Positions 28,270-40,400 of a stretch of DNA of 64,000 nucleotides are shown piece by piece (the stretch's first letter is position 1; each line of letters begins with the position of its first letter). This DNA is from Chrysomallon squamiferum (lineage: Eukaryota > Animalia > Mollusca): assembly GCA_012295275.1 (NCBI GenBank), contig CM022672.1:32426001-32490000 (forward strand), written 5' to 3'. The position numbers were made by a program, and so were the translations under genes. The notes under the pieces were generated by a model. It ran no database searches, was not told the DNA's origin, and saw only the letters and a list, made by a program, of their open reading frames with translations.

Positions 28270-28480
28270 GCGTGTCAGTTGTGTTGGCGACAAGAAACGT
28301 TATACTACGATCCTGAAAAATCCAATGTAATGGTGAATCTAAATACATGGGACACTGATTTATTTGTATGTGTTATGAGTCAGAGCGATATAAACACAGG
28401 TGTGACAAATACTACCTTTATTACGATTAGTGTGAAAAAATAGCATTGTTCAAACAGTAACAGTTGTACTGATTATTGGT
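28270..28480 (+). pseudogene. Highly decayed BTBD PHR C-terminus and 3' flank (fourth paralog fragment)
   Basis: ggtgaatctaaat (GESEI-like), then gacaaatactacctttattacgattagtgtga (GQIPALLFLV*-like), followed by aaaatagcattgttcaaaca matching the 3' flank of the intact genes. Confidence 0.55.
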
Positions 28481-28929
28481 GTGATATATATATATATATA
28501 CATATATATTTAATTAATTATTTATTTATTTCACTTTATCCTTTTTTATTTATATGTTGGTATTTTTCTTTACAAATGATACAGTATAATATATGATACA
28601 ACTAATATACGCTAATAAAAAAAGAGAGTAAATTAATGTGTTAAAATACAGAAGACTCCATAACATAAGTAAAAACAACAACAAAAATAATAATTATAAT
28701 AGTAATAATAATAATAATAAGAAGAAGAAGAAGAAGAAGAAGAAGAGGTAGAAGAAGAGGATGAATTAACATATTTTAGAGATATAAATTTTTCTTCAAG
28801 AAATAAAAGTACACGTTATTGTAAGAAACATACAAAATGGCATAACAGAAAAATAAATTAAAAATTTGTATATTTTTGCATTTTCTATCCTTGAATATTT
28901 ATGACATATTTACAGGATGTCTGAACTTA

Positions 28930-30106
28930 TTTACATAAAGCGCATTAAATTTTCACTAAACATATTCATATTTATCTCAGTCTTCTTTCTTCTACCATAT
29001 AATAGGAAATGCTTACTAGTTGACATGATAACTAACAAGATCTTACACTGATAATATCTAAGCTCTATGTCTGAAGTTACCTTTGAATGGATGAAGATAT
29101 TCACTTGTCCACCATTAGTCACAGAACTCTTTGTACCAAAAATATTTTGCCATTTACCTTTCTTATATATTTTATAAAAAACAGTTTATACTAGTTATTA
29201 ACAGTTAGCATCACGCCGTTGTGAACTGTAAATAGTGGTCTAAACTGTAAATAGTGGTCTAAAGTTATATTTTCTTTTCTACAAAATGCAATGCATGAAA
29301 GCCAGGTGGCATTAACAAAAAGTTACTTTAGAACTAAAATTCCTTTCTTTGCCAGTGTCTTATAATAAACTGAGTTATTATCAGTTTTAATATGAATGTT
29401 ATACTAAATCTACTGACATAGTATTTTTATCTTGTCCCTTATCGTTTCACATTTCTCTAGAAAGTTTAGCCATATATGTAATTCAATTTTACAAAAGGAA
29501 TTTGTGCGTTTCAGCAATTTTGTTTCACTGTAGGCTGAACAGAAAACTAATATCAGTGAAGCTCTAAATCAGGCATCGACAATCTTTGTCTCAAGCGGAC
29601 CACATGAGACACGGCTCATTCTCAGGCGGGCCAAATACACTGAAAGAGATAGGTTTCTACTAGTTGAAAGAAATAGTGTGTTGGATTTGTCAGTGAAGGA
29701 AAAAGAAACAACTTTGGATAAAACTGAACTTTTGATTGCAGTAATTTTTCCTAGAGGTGAGAAAGAACATTTTGACCATTGTTCAAGCAGCCTTTTAACC
29801 TCTTTCAACTTTGCATTAATGTTTAATTCTTGTATTCGACACAGATCCGCGGAAAACCGTGCCTAAGTATTGTGAATTCTGTAGTCCATTTTATTTTTGT
29901 TTTGAACACTTTTTTTCATGATCAGTCTTGTCTTTGCCTAATTTTATTATATTTGTTTTAGATGTATTACCTTTAAGATCAGATACATCGATAAAATATT
30001 TTGTTTCCACAGATGCTCACAGAGTTTTATCACACCAACCTAACAGCAACGTTGTGTCGTCGGCGAACTGTGAAATTTTGAATTCATTGTCGTTTATCTC
30101 AATCCC

Positions 30107-30158
<52 letters not shown>

Positions 30159-30480
30159 ATTTCTTAACAAGGTTCCAAGACTCTCAACACACAAAATCAA
30201 AACGCAGTGAAATAACAGATCCCCTTGTCTTTATCCCGTGTCACGTTTTAAGCGTTTAGTAATTTATATATAAACACGATTCCTGTTTATTAGAAAAGGT
30301 TGATATCCATGTTTGATTTGAAACTCCAAAGTAAGAATATGTTTGTTTGTATTTTGCTGTTTTATTATTATTTTTTTTTTTTATTATCCGATACAGTATC
30401 GGAGTAAAAGCTTTTATTCAAAATATACAATTGATTAAGAATAAATTCGAAACGCTAAAGGTAAATAACTCAAGCGTTCT
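28930..30480 (-). mobile_element. Decayed L1/Tx1-like LINE ORF2 (reverse transcriptase region)
   Basis: GIRQGD, FKISQFADDT, LSPLGKIT-like SFSPLGKITAIKSSVLSK, NSF, and VTSDIELRYYQCKIL motifs with frameshifts. Interrupted at 29570 by a hAT end. Confidence 0.8.
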
Positions 30481-30633
30481 CTGTATGCAAGTGACACAGG
30501 AATTATCTCCCTCTGTATCAGTAAACACTTTTGTTGTCTGCTAAATGAAGACTGTGAAACACGACGTGTTTGTTACTCGACATTTACTGTGAGTGGTGAT
30601 CATTAAATAACAGGAGTATTATTATTATTGTTA

Positions 30634-30691
<58 letters not shown>

Positions 30692-31410
30692 CATTATTAT
30701 TATTATTATTGTTATTGTTATTTTTGTTGTTATTATTATGATTATGATTATTATTCATTTACTAATAAGAATTAGTCTGTATGATCATAGTCTATGTTAA
30801 TAAACTGTTGAAACAGAATAAACTCTATATAATATACACCGTTATGTTATATTCCTTTTGTATTTCATTCTTATGAAAGGTTGGTTTAGAAAAAACTAAT
30901 AACAAACTCAGGTGGAAGGCGGATTTCTGGATACTCAGAGCTCACGAATCAACTTTTGTATGTAGCCTCGCAATTGTGTGTCTTGTTGTCTGTCTCTCCG
31001 TGTGTGTAATTTAGGATTGAGTATTTTGTTTTCATGTACATTTTAGACTATTAATAATAGTTCGGCAGTACCACAGGCAGACAATGTCAAGTCACGTTCT
31101 CACAAACCCCGTCAGATGCCGCTGACAGCGTCTCCGTTCGACCTTGAAAAGGTTGCCCAGTAACTGAGGGTAATCACCGCTTACCCAAAAGCACGCGTTT
31201 TTTTTGTTGTTTTTTTGGCCTTTCGTAATTTCTGTGTGCCTCTATGCTTTCCTGGAAACCTGGCAATTTCAAGTATGTATTTGGTGTTGAATATTCCATT
31301 TCTATACGTGTCGTCTGCTTAATAATTAAGCAGAGGTAGAACCAGAAAGTTTTTGATGCATATATAAACATATATACATATGCTCTAATCCCTCGAATGT
31401 ATGAGTTTCT
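29100..31410 (-). repeat. Inverted, diverged paralog of 48995-51840
   Basis: Reverse-complement colinearity of LINE, (TAA)n, caacacgtcgtgtttcacag-type blocks and the ttaccctcagttactgggcaa block. Confidence 0.88.
29570..29645. mobile_element. Short hAT terminal fragment inserted in the LINE
   Basis: Starts CAGGCATCGACAATCTTT immediately after ctcTAaat and includes a gcgggcca subterminal-like motif. Confidence 0.5.
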
Positions 31411-33151
31411 GTGTGTGAGTGTATTTAGATATATATGTATATACGTATTTATGCATGTAGGTATGTAGGTATGTATGTATGTATGTATATATGTATGTAA
31501 ATATTTACACGTGTATGTATGTGTGAATATGGTATGTATATATGTATGTATGTATGTCACTGTGCTCCAGGATTTGTTCATTGAAATGTCAGAAGTATCT
31601 CAGATCTAAATAATGACACCTCCCGACAAAATTTACGTAATTAATGTTTCTACCACTTTGTTTCAATATTCAAACTGTTTGCTTTACATTTTGCATCTTC
31701 ACGTATTCTTCAACATGGCCATAGTGTAAAATAATAATTCTTGATCCATATACTTTGTGTTGTTCTTTTAAATACAAAACAAAACCGAAATGACAGATTC
31801 AGAAGCGATGTAGCTGTAGTAACAACCGATGTAGTAGTAGTTGTAATACCTAGCTCAAACCGTAGAAGTAGTAGCTTAAACATATTAGCAGCCGCTGTTG
31901 TAGTGGTTGTTGCAAAATAAAAGCAGTCTGCAGTAATCATGACATCGTAAAGGTACAGGCTGGGTGTCTGTGTTGGGTACTTGTATCTACGACACTTGTA
32001 GTTGTTTTCGTTGGCGCTATTCTTAAATAAATCCATTTCGCTCCTGTCTAGACATTTTTATTTTCTCCGTCATTTGATTTCCTGTTCTTCTTTTAACTAC
32101 AGAATGTTCCACATTATCTGATATTTTTAATACACTTAAACAAGTATGATTTTGTTTTTTAGTTTTTTTTGTCTTTTTTGGTTTTGTTTCTTTTTTGTTT
32201 ATTTAGAGAAAATGAAAGCTAGCTTAACGACTGTTAATGGGTGTTTAATGTTGTCGTTTCATTAGAAAACACTGGTTCCTTTTGATGAGCGAAACAATCA
32301 ACAAACACGAACTCGCGAGCATCTCAGCACTAATCATAGGAGGGTAGATCCCCACATCCGGTGGTGAACGAAAACATAGCAAATTAACTATCTCTGACAA
32401 TACACGTTAGTTACTAGCATTGTCAGCAGACGATAAAATTAGAATCAGCAGACGACACTGTTTTCATTTGACGCGATTTATTTCTCACGTTCTGCTCTTT
32501 GACTGTCAGTAGCAAGGTAATTAAAACTTTCAACAATGGCGGATAAAGACAAATGATTCTTGAGCCTGTAAGTTAGTATTTAATGCAGCTATACTCTGGG
32601 GAACATTCTCATTAACAAGAATGGAAACATCCCCAGGTGGTCTATTTTCAGTTTCTTGGAATCCCACGATTATTTCGCGACAAGAGTCCAATTTCTGTTG
32701 TGAAGGAAACCAAATTTCTGGGGGTTATATTTCATCTATAGTGAGCAAAGCGTCGTTAGCAGCAAATAACTTTAATTGAGACTGAACTATTTTCTGTATT
32801 GATCTGAAAATATTTTTATGTCCATGTCTAATTTATTTGTATCCGTTCTTCTGAACTTCAGACTGTTTGCATGCAAAAGTGGGGAGTTTTACAAATTACA
32901 ATGTTCAGAAAGGAAGACGAAGTTGAAAATAAAATTAATAGTAATACATTTTTTATGTATCGCTGGACTGAGATAATTTACCTTACAAACGGATATTCGT
33001 CATTATTTGGCTTCAAACGCTACATTACAGAAATATGTTATTTTGTCTTGTAAAGAAAAAACAGGAATTCATCTCTTCTGACAGTCATATCACATTCTTT
33101 TAATCAGCTTCCTTAAACTGTTTTTAACTGTGCGTTCACAATTGTTAATTA

Positions 33152-33240
<89 letters not shown>

Positions 33241-33529
33241 AAATGGTAAATGAGCAATAAAATCTTATTTCTTTGTAAAGTTGAGTCGTCAGCAGATTGT
33301 TATCTGTTATACAAGAACAACGACGACTAAGAGAACAGCAACGATACTAAAATTACAACAACAGCGGTAATGACACTATTAATACGAATTATCACCTTTT
33401 GCGACACAACGACTCGCTGGTTTGGTCGGCGAAGGAGATTTGTTTAGGATGAAATTGTTGCCATTACGCAGTAAACATCTAAGTATACAATCAGTTTCTT
33501 GTGTTGGAAATTCATTCGTTCAACCTGAA

Positions 33530-34620
33530 AACCATGGTCAGAAACAGGAAAATAGCCCTTGATACAACCAGGAATCAGGCAAAAATCCTGAAAAGTATCA
33601 ATCTTGCATGCAAGCACAGGAAGCTACCTTTGAATAAAACCATAGGCTTAGGCCTAGAGGTTCAAGCTGGAGACGTTCACGAAGATATAGAAATAATAAT
33701 AAAAGAACTAAGAAATGGTTCGTTGCTTGTGAAATGATTAAATGAGAAACATTTCTGATGTCTTCAAATATCTTCTGTATTATGCAATGTTGCAATCACA
33801 GTTAGTGCACGTAGCTTACTTAACACATGCAAGGAAATGATTAGGTCAAAAGATTTAGAATAAATTAATAAAGATAAAATCTGTGAAAATATCTCTTCTC
33901 AAGGGGTATCGGGTTAGTGTTCCTCGGAATCACGAGTTGGTTCCTACGAACACGTTGATCCTCAGTTTCAGCAGGTCATCTATTGCGGAGACTGTTAAGA
34001 CTGGGTTCTGAATATGCCTGTTCCAAACTCTTTGCTATCTTAGAAATGTCAAACATTTGGACACGTACAAAATGAATGCTGTAAACAAACTATGTGTAGT
34101 CAATTTGACCATGACACCAAGACAGTAGGACTGACACAGTTTGCACCAACTGCAACGGCAAACACTTCTCGTATTCGCGAACATGTCCGAAGTGGAAAAT
34201 GGAAAGACAGGCATAAAAGGTTAAAATTGAAAAGCATTTTGCATATCCTGATGCTAGCAAACTCGTAGAGTCCAGTTCACATGTAGTAAGAAAATCATAC
34301 GCTATAGCTGTGAAAGTATCTGCAAGATCCAATAAGTAGACACACTCAAATTTAAGAAGGTATCAGAAAGCTATCAAGAAACAGGCAGTGAAATCAATTC
34401 AGATGTCTTCAGATTCTGAGAGTCTGACAAGACTGTCGTTCATTGAGGAGCCTGGCCCCAGTAAGACCATGTCAGGAAAAGATACCAAACACGCAAATAT
34501 GTTCTGACAAGGACTGCCACTCGGGACTAGTAAGAAAGGCTGTGCTATAATCAACTGAGACAAACAATAAATATGAGCTAATCATTGTCAGTGAGGTCAT
34601 TAATATGAATTTTAGAAAAA
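33530..34620 (+). mobile_element. Decayed LINE ORF1 (I/Jockey-like), longer paralog of 6960-7670
   Basis: IKELRNGSLLVK N-terminal motif, then KCQTFGHVQNEC..CTNCNGKHFSYSRTCPKWKME..YPDASKLV. Confidence 0.72.
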
Positions 34621-35518
34621 ATAGATCTAAGCTCTTCACGATTTCAGGTGTTCATTTACAATATCAGTTGTTATATTACAGCTTCATCTATTACACATTG
34701 TAGGCAGAACAAAATATTACAAAAAATAAACACTAATACTTCGTAAATGCATTTTTATATCTGTGTAATTTGTCGGCTTACATTTTGAACACAAATTAAA
34801 TACAAGAAAAAATGAAGTAATATTTATGATTGAAAAAAAGTATTTGTATTTTATTTATATCCATCTAATACATAAATAAATCAACAAACAATTGCTAAAT
34901 TTATGTTAAGTAAATTCTTGAATATTATGTTAAAGGAGATAACTCTTGAAGCGCTATAGTGGGTTTAGTCGAAATTTACCCTGCACACCCTGTGTCCCTC
35001 TCTCACTGCTTTAAAGTAGGGTCCCTAATTTATTTAAATGTTTATCATTAAAGCGATGAGTCTGTCGTTCTGTGTATCTGTAGGCTGACATACGCAGATT
35101 TATCTTGTGATTGTCGTGCGTCTAATCCTGACATTTGTTGTGTACAATGAAAGAAAATAAGTCTGAAATAATTTATTCTCAATTTCTAGTAAAATTTATT
35201 TAACATTTAAATTTAAAAAAAATCCGTTAGATTACACACACACACACACACATATTAAGTACAATTTTCATTTGTTAAAAAAAGCACACAACCAAACAAA
35301 AGAGAACAAAAACCAATCAGATCAATACACATTATTGAGATATTTGATATTTGTTGTTCAAAATGATTTAACAATAACAGAATTAACATTTATATCTGAA
35401 GACTTTTTAATGTTCAGTTCAAAATTCTTATGATACAAATATTGCAAACATCTCACATTAACTTAAAACGTAGTTTTTCATTAAACAAAGAGAAGAACTT
35501 AAAATATATATATATATA

Positions 35519-36404
35519 TTAATGTAAAAGTAATAATAATAAACGTAATAATAATAATAATAAACACGTTGCGTTTATGTCGTGGAAGTATCCAGGTTTC
35601 TCCGTACACGACTTGACGCAGAATCGCGCCTCGCTTGACTTCGCTGCCAGGTTTTTCTGTTTACAGTTAAAACATTTGGTGCGACCCAGCCCCCAACACC
35701 CGCCTTTACACTCAGGATGACAGATAAACCCATCTTTGGCTGCAAACAAGATAAACGATGATTATAATAGTAGTAGTGGTGGCAGAAGTAATATTGCTAG
35801 TAGTAGTAGTAGTAGTTTTAGTAGTAATATTAACAACAACAACAACAACAACAATAATAATAATAATTGTGATCGTAGAAATAGTAGAAATAATAACAGT
35901 AGTGTAACCAGTAGTGTAGAACACGTATATTAGTAGTAGTAATAGTACTACTAATTTTACGACTAATAATAATATTATACATTTACAATACAATTGAAAA
36001 CATACACACATTTTTACATACACAGACAACATGCATCTACGTGCGCACACAGACAAGTAGACGCGCATACACGCACGCACGAAACAGACACTCACACACT
36101 AAATACAATACTGCAACATTTACCACAATCAGAGGCATTCCTGTTGTCTCCTATGATCACTTTCTGATTTGGACTGTAAATAATTTTGGACCAGTTTATG
36201 GTGTCTGCCAAACACAGTTTATGGTTGACAATTATTTTAATGACACCATGTTTTATTGTCCTCAGGGACGTGAGTTCAAGTGTCCTCAGCGGTGTTACTA
36301 GAATGCTCAGTGCATTCTTACGTCCACTTATGAAATAAATATAATTAAATACATGTGAACCGAAAGTGATGTGGAAAATATTACAACAGTGTAGTGTGTG
36401 TGTA

Positions 36405-36491
<87 letters not shown>

Positions 36492-36718
36492 CAGTTACTA
36501 AAAAATAAAAATAAAGACAAATTATAAGTAAGACAACAAATTTTCAAATGTCTGGTCATTTAAGCCGAGCAACTGATAATGTGAAATATTGTTCACCTGG
36601 CTGAGACATAACTAAATGAATAAACTCTAGTATATCTGACAAAACAAAACTCTGACTACATACGACACTGGACCATGGATTATCTGCAGATTCGACAGGA
36701 AAGACAAATCTGTGAAGT
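35519..36718 (-). CDS. EGFR/ErbB-like receptor fragment: exons 36718-36664 (cut by gap), 36326-36124 and 35739-~35564/35519, covering L2 and the start of cysteine-rich domain IV
   Basis: Spliced reading: FTDLSFLSNLQIIHGPVS|GRKNALSILVTPLRTLELTSLRTIKHGVIKIIVNHKLCLADTINWSKII..GDNRNASDC|AKDGFICHPECKGGCWGLGRTKCFNC..FCVKSC. This parallels human EGFR exons 11-13 (LEIIRG, LCYANTINWKKL, CHALC..GCWG), with GT-AG introns of phase 2 then 1. Confidence 0.85.
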
Positions 36719-36918
36719 NNNNNNNNNNNNNNNNNNNNNNNNNNNNNNNNNNNNNNNNNNNNNNNNNNNNNNNNNNNNNNNNNNNNNNNNNNNNNNNNNN
36801 NNNNNNNNNNNNNNNNNNNNNNNNNNNNNNNNNNNNNNNNNNNNNNNNNNNNNNNNNNNNNNNNNNNNNNNNNNNNNNNNNNNNNNNNNNNNNNNNNNNN
36901 NNNNNNNNNNNNNNNNNN
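36719..36918. other. Assembly gap (200 N)
   Basis: Run of N. Confidence 1.
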
Positions 36919-37430
36919 CTTTTATTTTGAAAGTTAAATAAAAAACTTGTAATAGCTCTTTTCTGCAGAGAATTAAATAATTATTACAGAAATCTTAAAT
37001 GAAATTTCTACCAAGATGTATTTACTTTTTTCTTATTTTTTTTCATTCCTTTTTTCTCATTTATTTTTCTTATTATTTTTTCTTCAAAACAAAAAATAAA
37101 ATGAAAATAAAAATAAAACTAAGATAAATAAAAATAATATAATAATAAAATAAATAAAATAAAATAAATTAAAAAATACAACATGTAGAACCCGAGTTTG
37201 AGTTCCTTGTTGTTTCCTCGTTTCATAACAAACTTGTGGGCATAGAGACATTTACATTTTTCAAATTTGAGTTAATATTACTTTAATGGAATGAACAAAA
37301 AGACATAATTTCTAATTACATTAATTTGTCTTTTTGCTTTTGAAACAAAAATATCTTCAACATAAAATACACTCCGGGTATTTTCTAGATCGGCTTGCAT
37401 CTCAGTTCCAGTGCAACAGGTCGCAATCGT

Positions 37431-40400
37431 CTGTCACGTCTGAAACACGGTTGTAAGATTGCGAGTCTCTGTCACGTCTGCAACACGGTTGTAAGACTGC
37501 GAGCCTCTGTCATGTCTGAAACACGGTTGTAAGATTGCGAGTCTCTGTCACGTCTGAAACACGGTTGTAAGATTCAGAGTCTCTGTCACGTCTGAAACAC
37601 GGATGTAAGATTGCGACTCATGTCACGTCTGAAACACGGATATAAGATTCCGACTCATGTCACGTCTGAAACACGATTGTAAGATTGCGAGTCTCTGTCA
37701 CGTCTGAAACACAGTTGTAAGACTGCGAGACTCTGTCACGTCTGAAACAGGGTTGTAAGACTGCGAGCCTCTGTCACGTCTGAAACACGGTTGTAAGATT
37801 GCGAGTCTCTGTCACGTCTGAAACACGGTTGTAAGATTGCGAGTCTCTGTCACGTCTGAAACAGGGTTGTAAGACTGCGAGCCTCTGTCACGTCTGAAAC
37901 ACGGTTGTAAGATTCCGAGTCTCTGTCACGTCTGAAACACGGTTGTAAGATTCCGAGTCTCTGTCACGTCTGAAACACGGATGTAAGATTGCGACTCATG
38001 TCACGTCTGAAACACGGATATAAGATTGCGACTCATGTCACGTCTGAAACACGATTGTAAGATTGCGAGTCTCTGTCACGTCTGAAACACGGTTGTAAGA
38101 CTGCGAGCCTCTGTCACGTCTGAAACACGGTTGTAAGATTGCGAGTCTCTGTCACGTCTGAAACACGGTTGTAAGATTCAGAGTCTCTGTCACGTCTGAA
38201 ACACGGATGTAAGATTGCGACTCATGTCACGTCTGAAACACGGATATAAGATTCCGACTCATGTCACGTCTGAAACACGATTGTAAGATTTCGAGTCTCT
38301 GTCACGTCTGAAACACGGTTGTAAGACTGCGAGACTCTGTCACGTCTGAAACAGGGTTGTAAGACTGCGAGCCTCTGTCACGTCTGAAACACGGTTGTAA
38401 GATTGCGAGTCTCTGTCACGTCTGAAACACGGTTGTAAGATTGCGAGTCTCTGTCACGTCTGAAACAGGGTTGTAAGACTGCGAGCCTCTGTCACGTCTG
38501 AAACACGGTTGTAAGATTCCGAGTCTCTGTCACGTCTGAAACACGGTTGTAAGATTCCGAGTCTCTGTCACGTCTGAAACACGGATGTAAGATTGCGACT
38601 CATGTCACGTCTGAAACACGGATGTAAGATTGCGACTCATGTCACGTCTGAAACACGATTGTAAGATTGCGAGTCTCTGTCACGTCTGAAACACGGTTGT
38701 AAGACTGCGAGCCTCTGTCACGTCTGAAACACGGTTATAACATTGCGAGTCTCTGTCACGTCTGAAACAGGGTTGTAAGACTGCGAGTCTCTGTCACGTC
38801 TGAAACACGGTTGTAAGATTGCGAGTATCTGTCACGTCTGAAACAGGGTTGTAAGACTGCGAGTCTCTGTCACGTCTGAAACACGGTTGTAAGATTCCGA
38901 GTCTCTGTCACGTCTGAAACACGGTTGTAAGACTGCGAGCCTCTGTCACGTCTGAAACACGGTTGCAAGATTGCGAGTCTCTGTCACGTCTGAAACACGG
39001 TTGTAAGACTGCGAGTCTCTGTCACGTCTGCAACACGGTTGTAAGACTGCGAGCCTCTGTCACGTCTGAAACACGGTTGTAAGATTGCGAGTCTCTGTCA
39101 CGTCTGAAACACGGTTGTAAGATTCAGAGTCTCTGTCACGTCTAAAACACGGATGTAAGATTACGACTCATGTCACGTCTGAAACACGGATATAAGATTC
39201 CGACTCATGTCACGTCTGAAACACGATTGTAAGATTGCGAGACTCTGTCACGTCTGAAACAGGGTTGTAAGACTGCGAGCCTCTGTCACGTCTGAAACAC
39301 GGTTATAACATTGCGAGTCTCTGTCACGTCTGAAACAGGGTTGTAAGACTGCGAGCCTCTGTCACGTATGAAACACGGTTGTAAGATTCCGAGTCTCTGT
39401 CACGTCTGAAACACGGTTGTAAGACTGCGAGCCTCTGTCACGTCTGAAACACGGTTGTAAGATTGCGAGTCTCCGTCACGTCTGAAACACGGTTGTAAGA
39501 TTCCGAGTCTCTGTCACATCTGAAATACGGATGTAAGATTGCGACTCATGTCACGTCTGAAACACGATTGTAAGACTGCGAGCCTCTGTCACGTCTGAAA
39601 CAGGGTTGTAAGACTGCGAGCCTCTGTCACGTCTGAAACACGGTTGTAAGATTGCGACTCATGTCACGTCTGAAACACGATTGTAAGATTGCGAGTCTCT
39701 GTCACGTCTGAAACACGGTTGTAAGACTGCGAGCCTCTGTCACGTCTGAAACACGGTTGTAAGATTGCGAGTCTCTGTCACGTCTGAAACACGGTTGTAA
39801 GATTCCGACTCTCTGTCACGTCTGAAACACGGTTGTAAGATTGCGACTCATGTCACGTCTGAAACACGGTTGTAAGATGCGAGTCTCTGTCACGTCTGAA
39901 ACACGGTTGTAAGATTGCGAGTATCTGTCACGTCTGAAACAGGGTTGTAAGACTGCGAGTCTCTGTCACGTCTGAAACACGGTTGTAAGAATGCGAGTCT
40001 CTGTCACGTCTGAAACACGGTTGTAAGATTGCGAGTCTCTGTCACGTCTGAAACACGGTTGTAAGACTGCGAGCCTCTGTCACGTCTGAAACAGGGTTGT
40101 AAGACTGCGAGCCTCTGTCACGTCTGAAACACGGTTGTAAGATTGCGAGTCTCTGTCACGTCTGAAACACGGTTGTAAGACTGCGAGTCTCTGTCACGTC
40201 TGAAACACGGTTGTAAGATTGCGAGTCTCTTCACGTCTGAAACACGGTTGTAAGATTCCGAGTCTCTGTCACGTCTGAAACACGATAGTAAGACTGCGAG
40301 CCTCTGTCACGTCTGACACACGGATGTAAGATTGCGACTGATGTCACGTCTGTATCACGGATGTAAGATTGCGACTCATGTCACGTCTGAAACACGATTG

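Noticed and set aside
35519-36718. Insulin/IGF receptor assignment
   Set aside because: Two successive L-domain exons and their intron phases, followed by CHPEC..GCWG, match EGFR exons 11-13 better. In insulin receptors L2 is followed by FnIII. No gene symbol is given because orthology cannot be shown.
36675-36941. ORFs spanning N runs (also 60389-60673)
   Set aside because: Artifacts of translating gaps.
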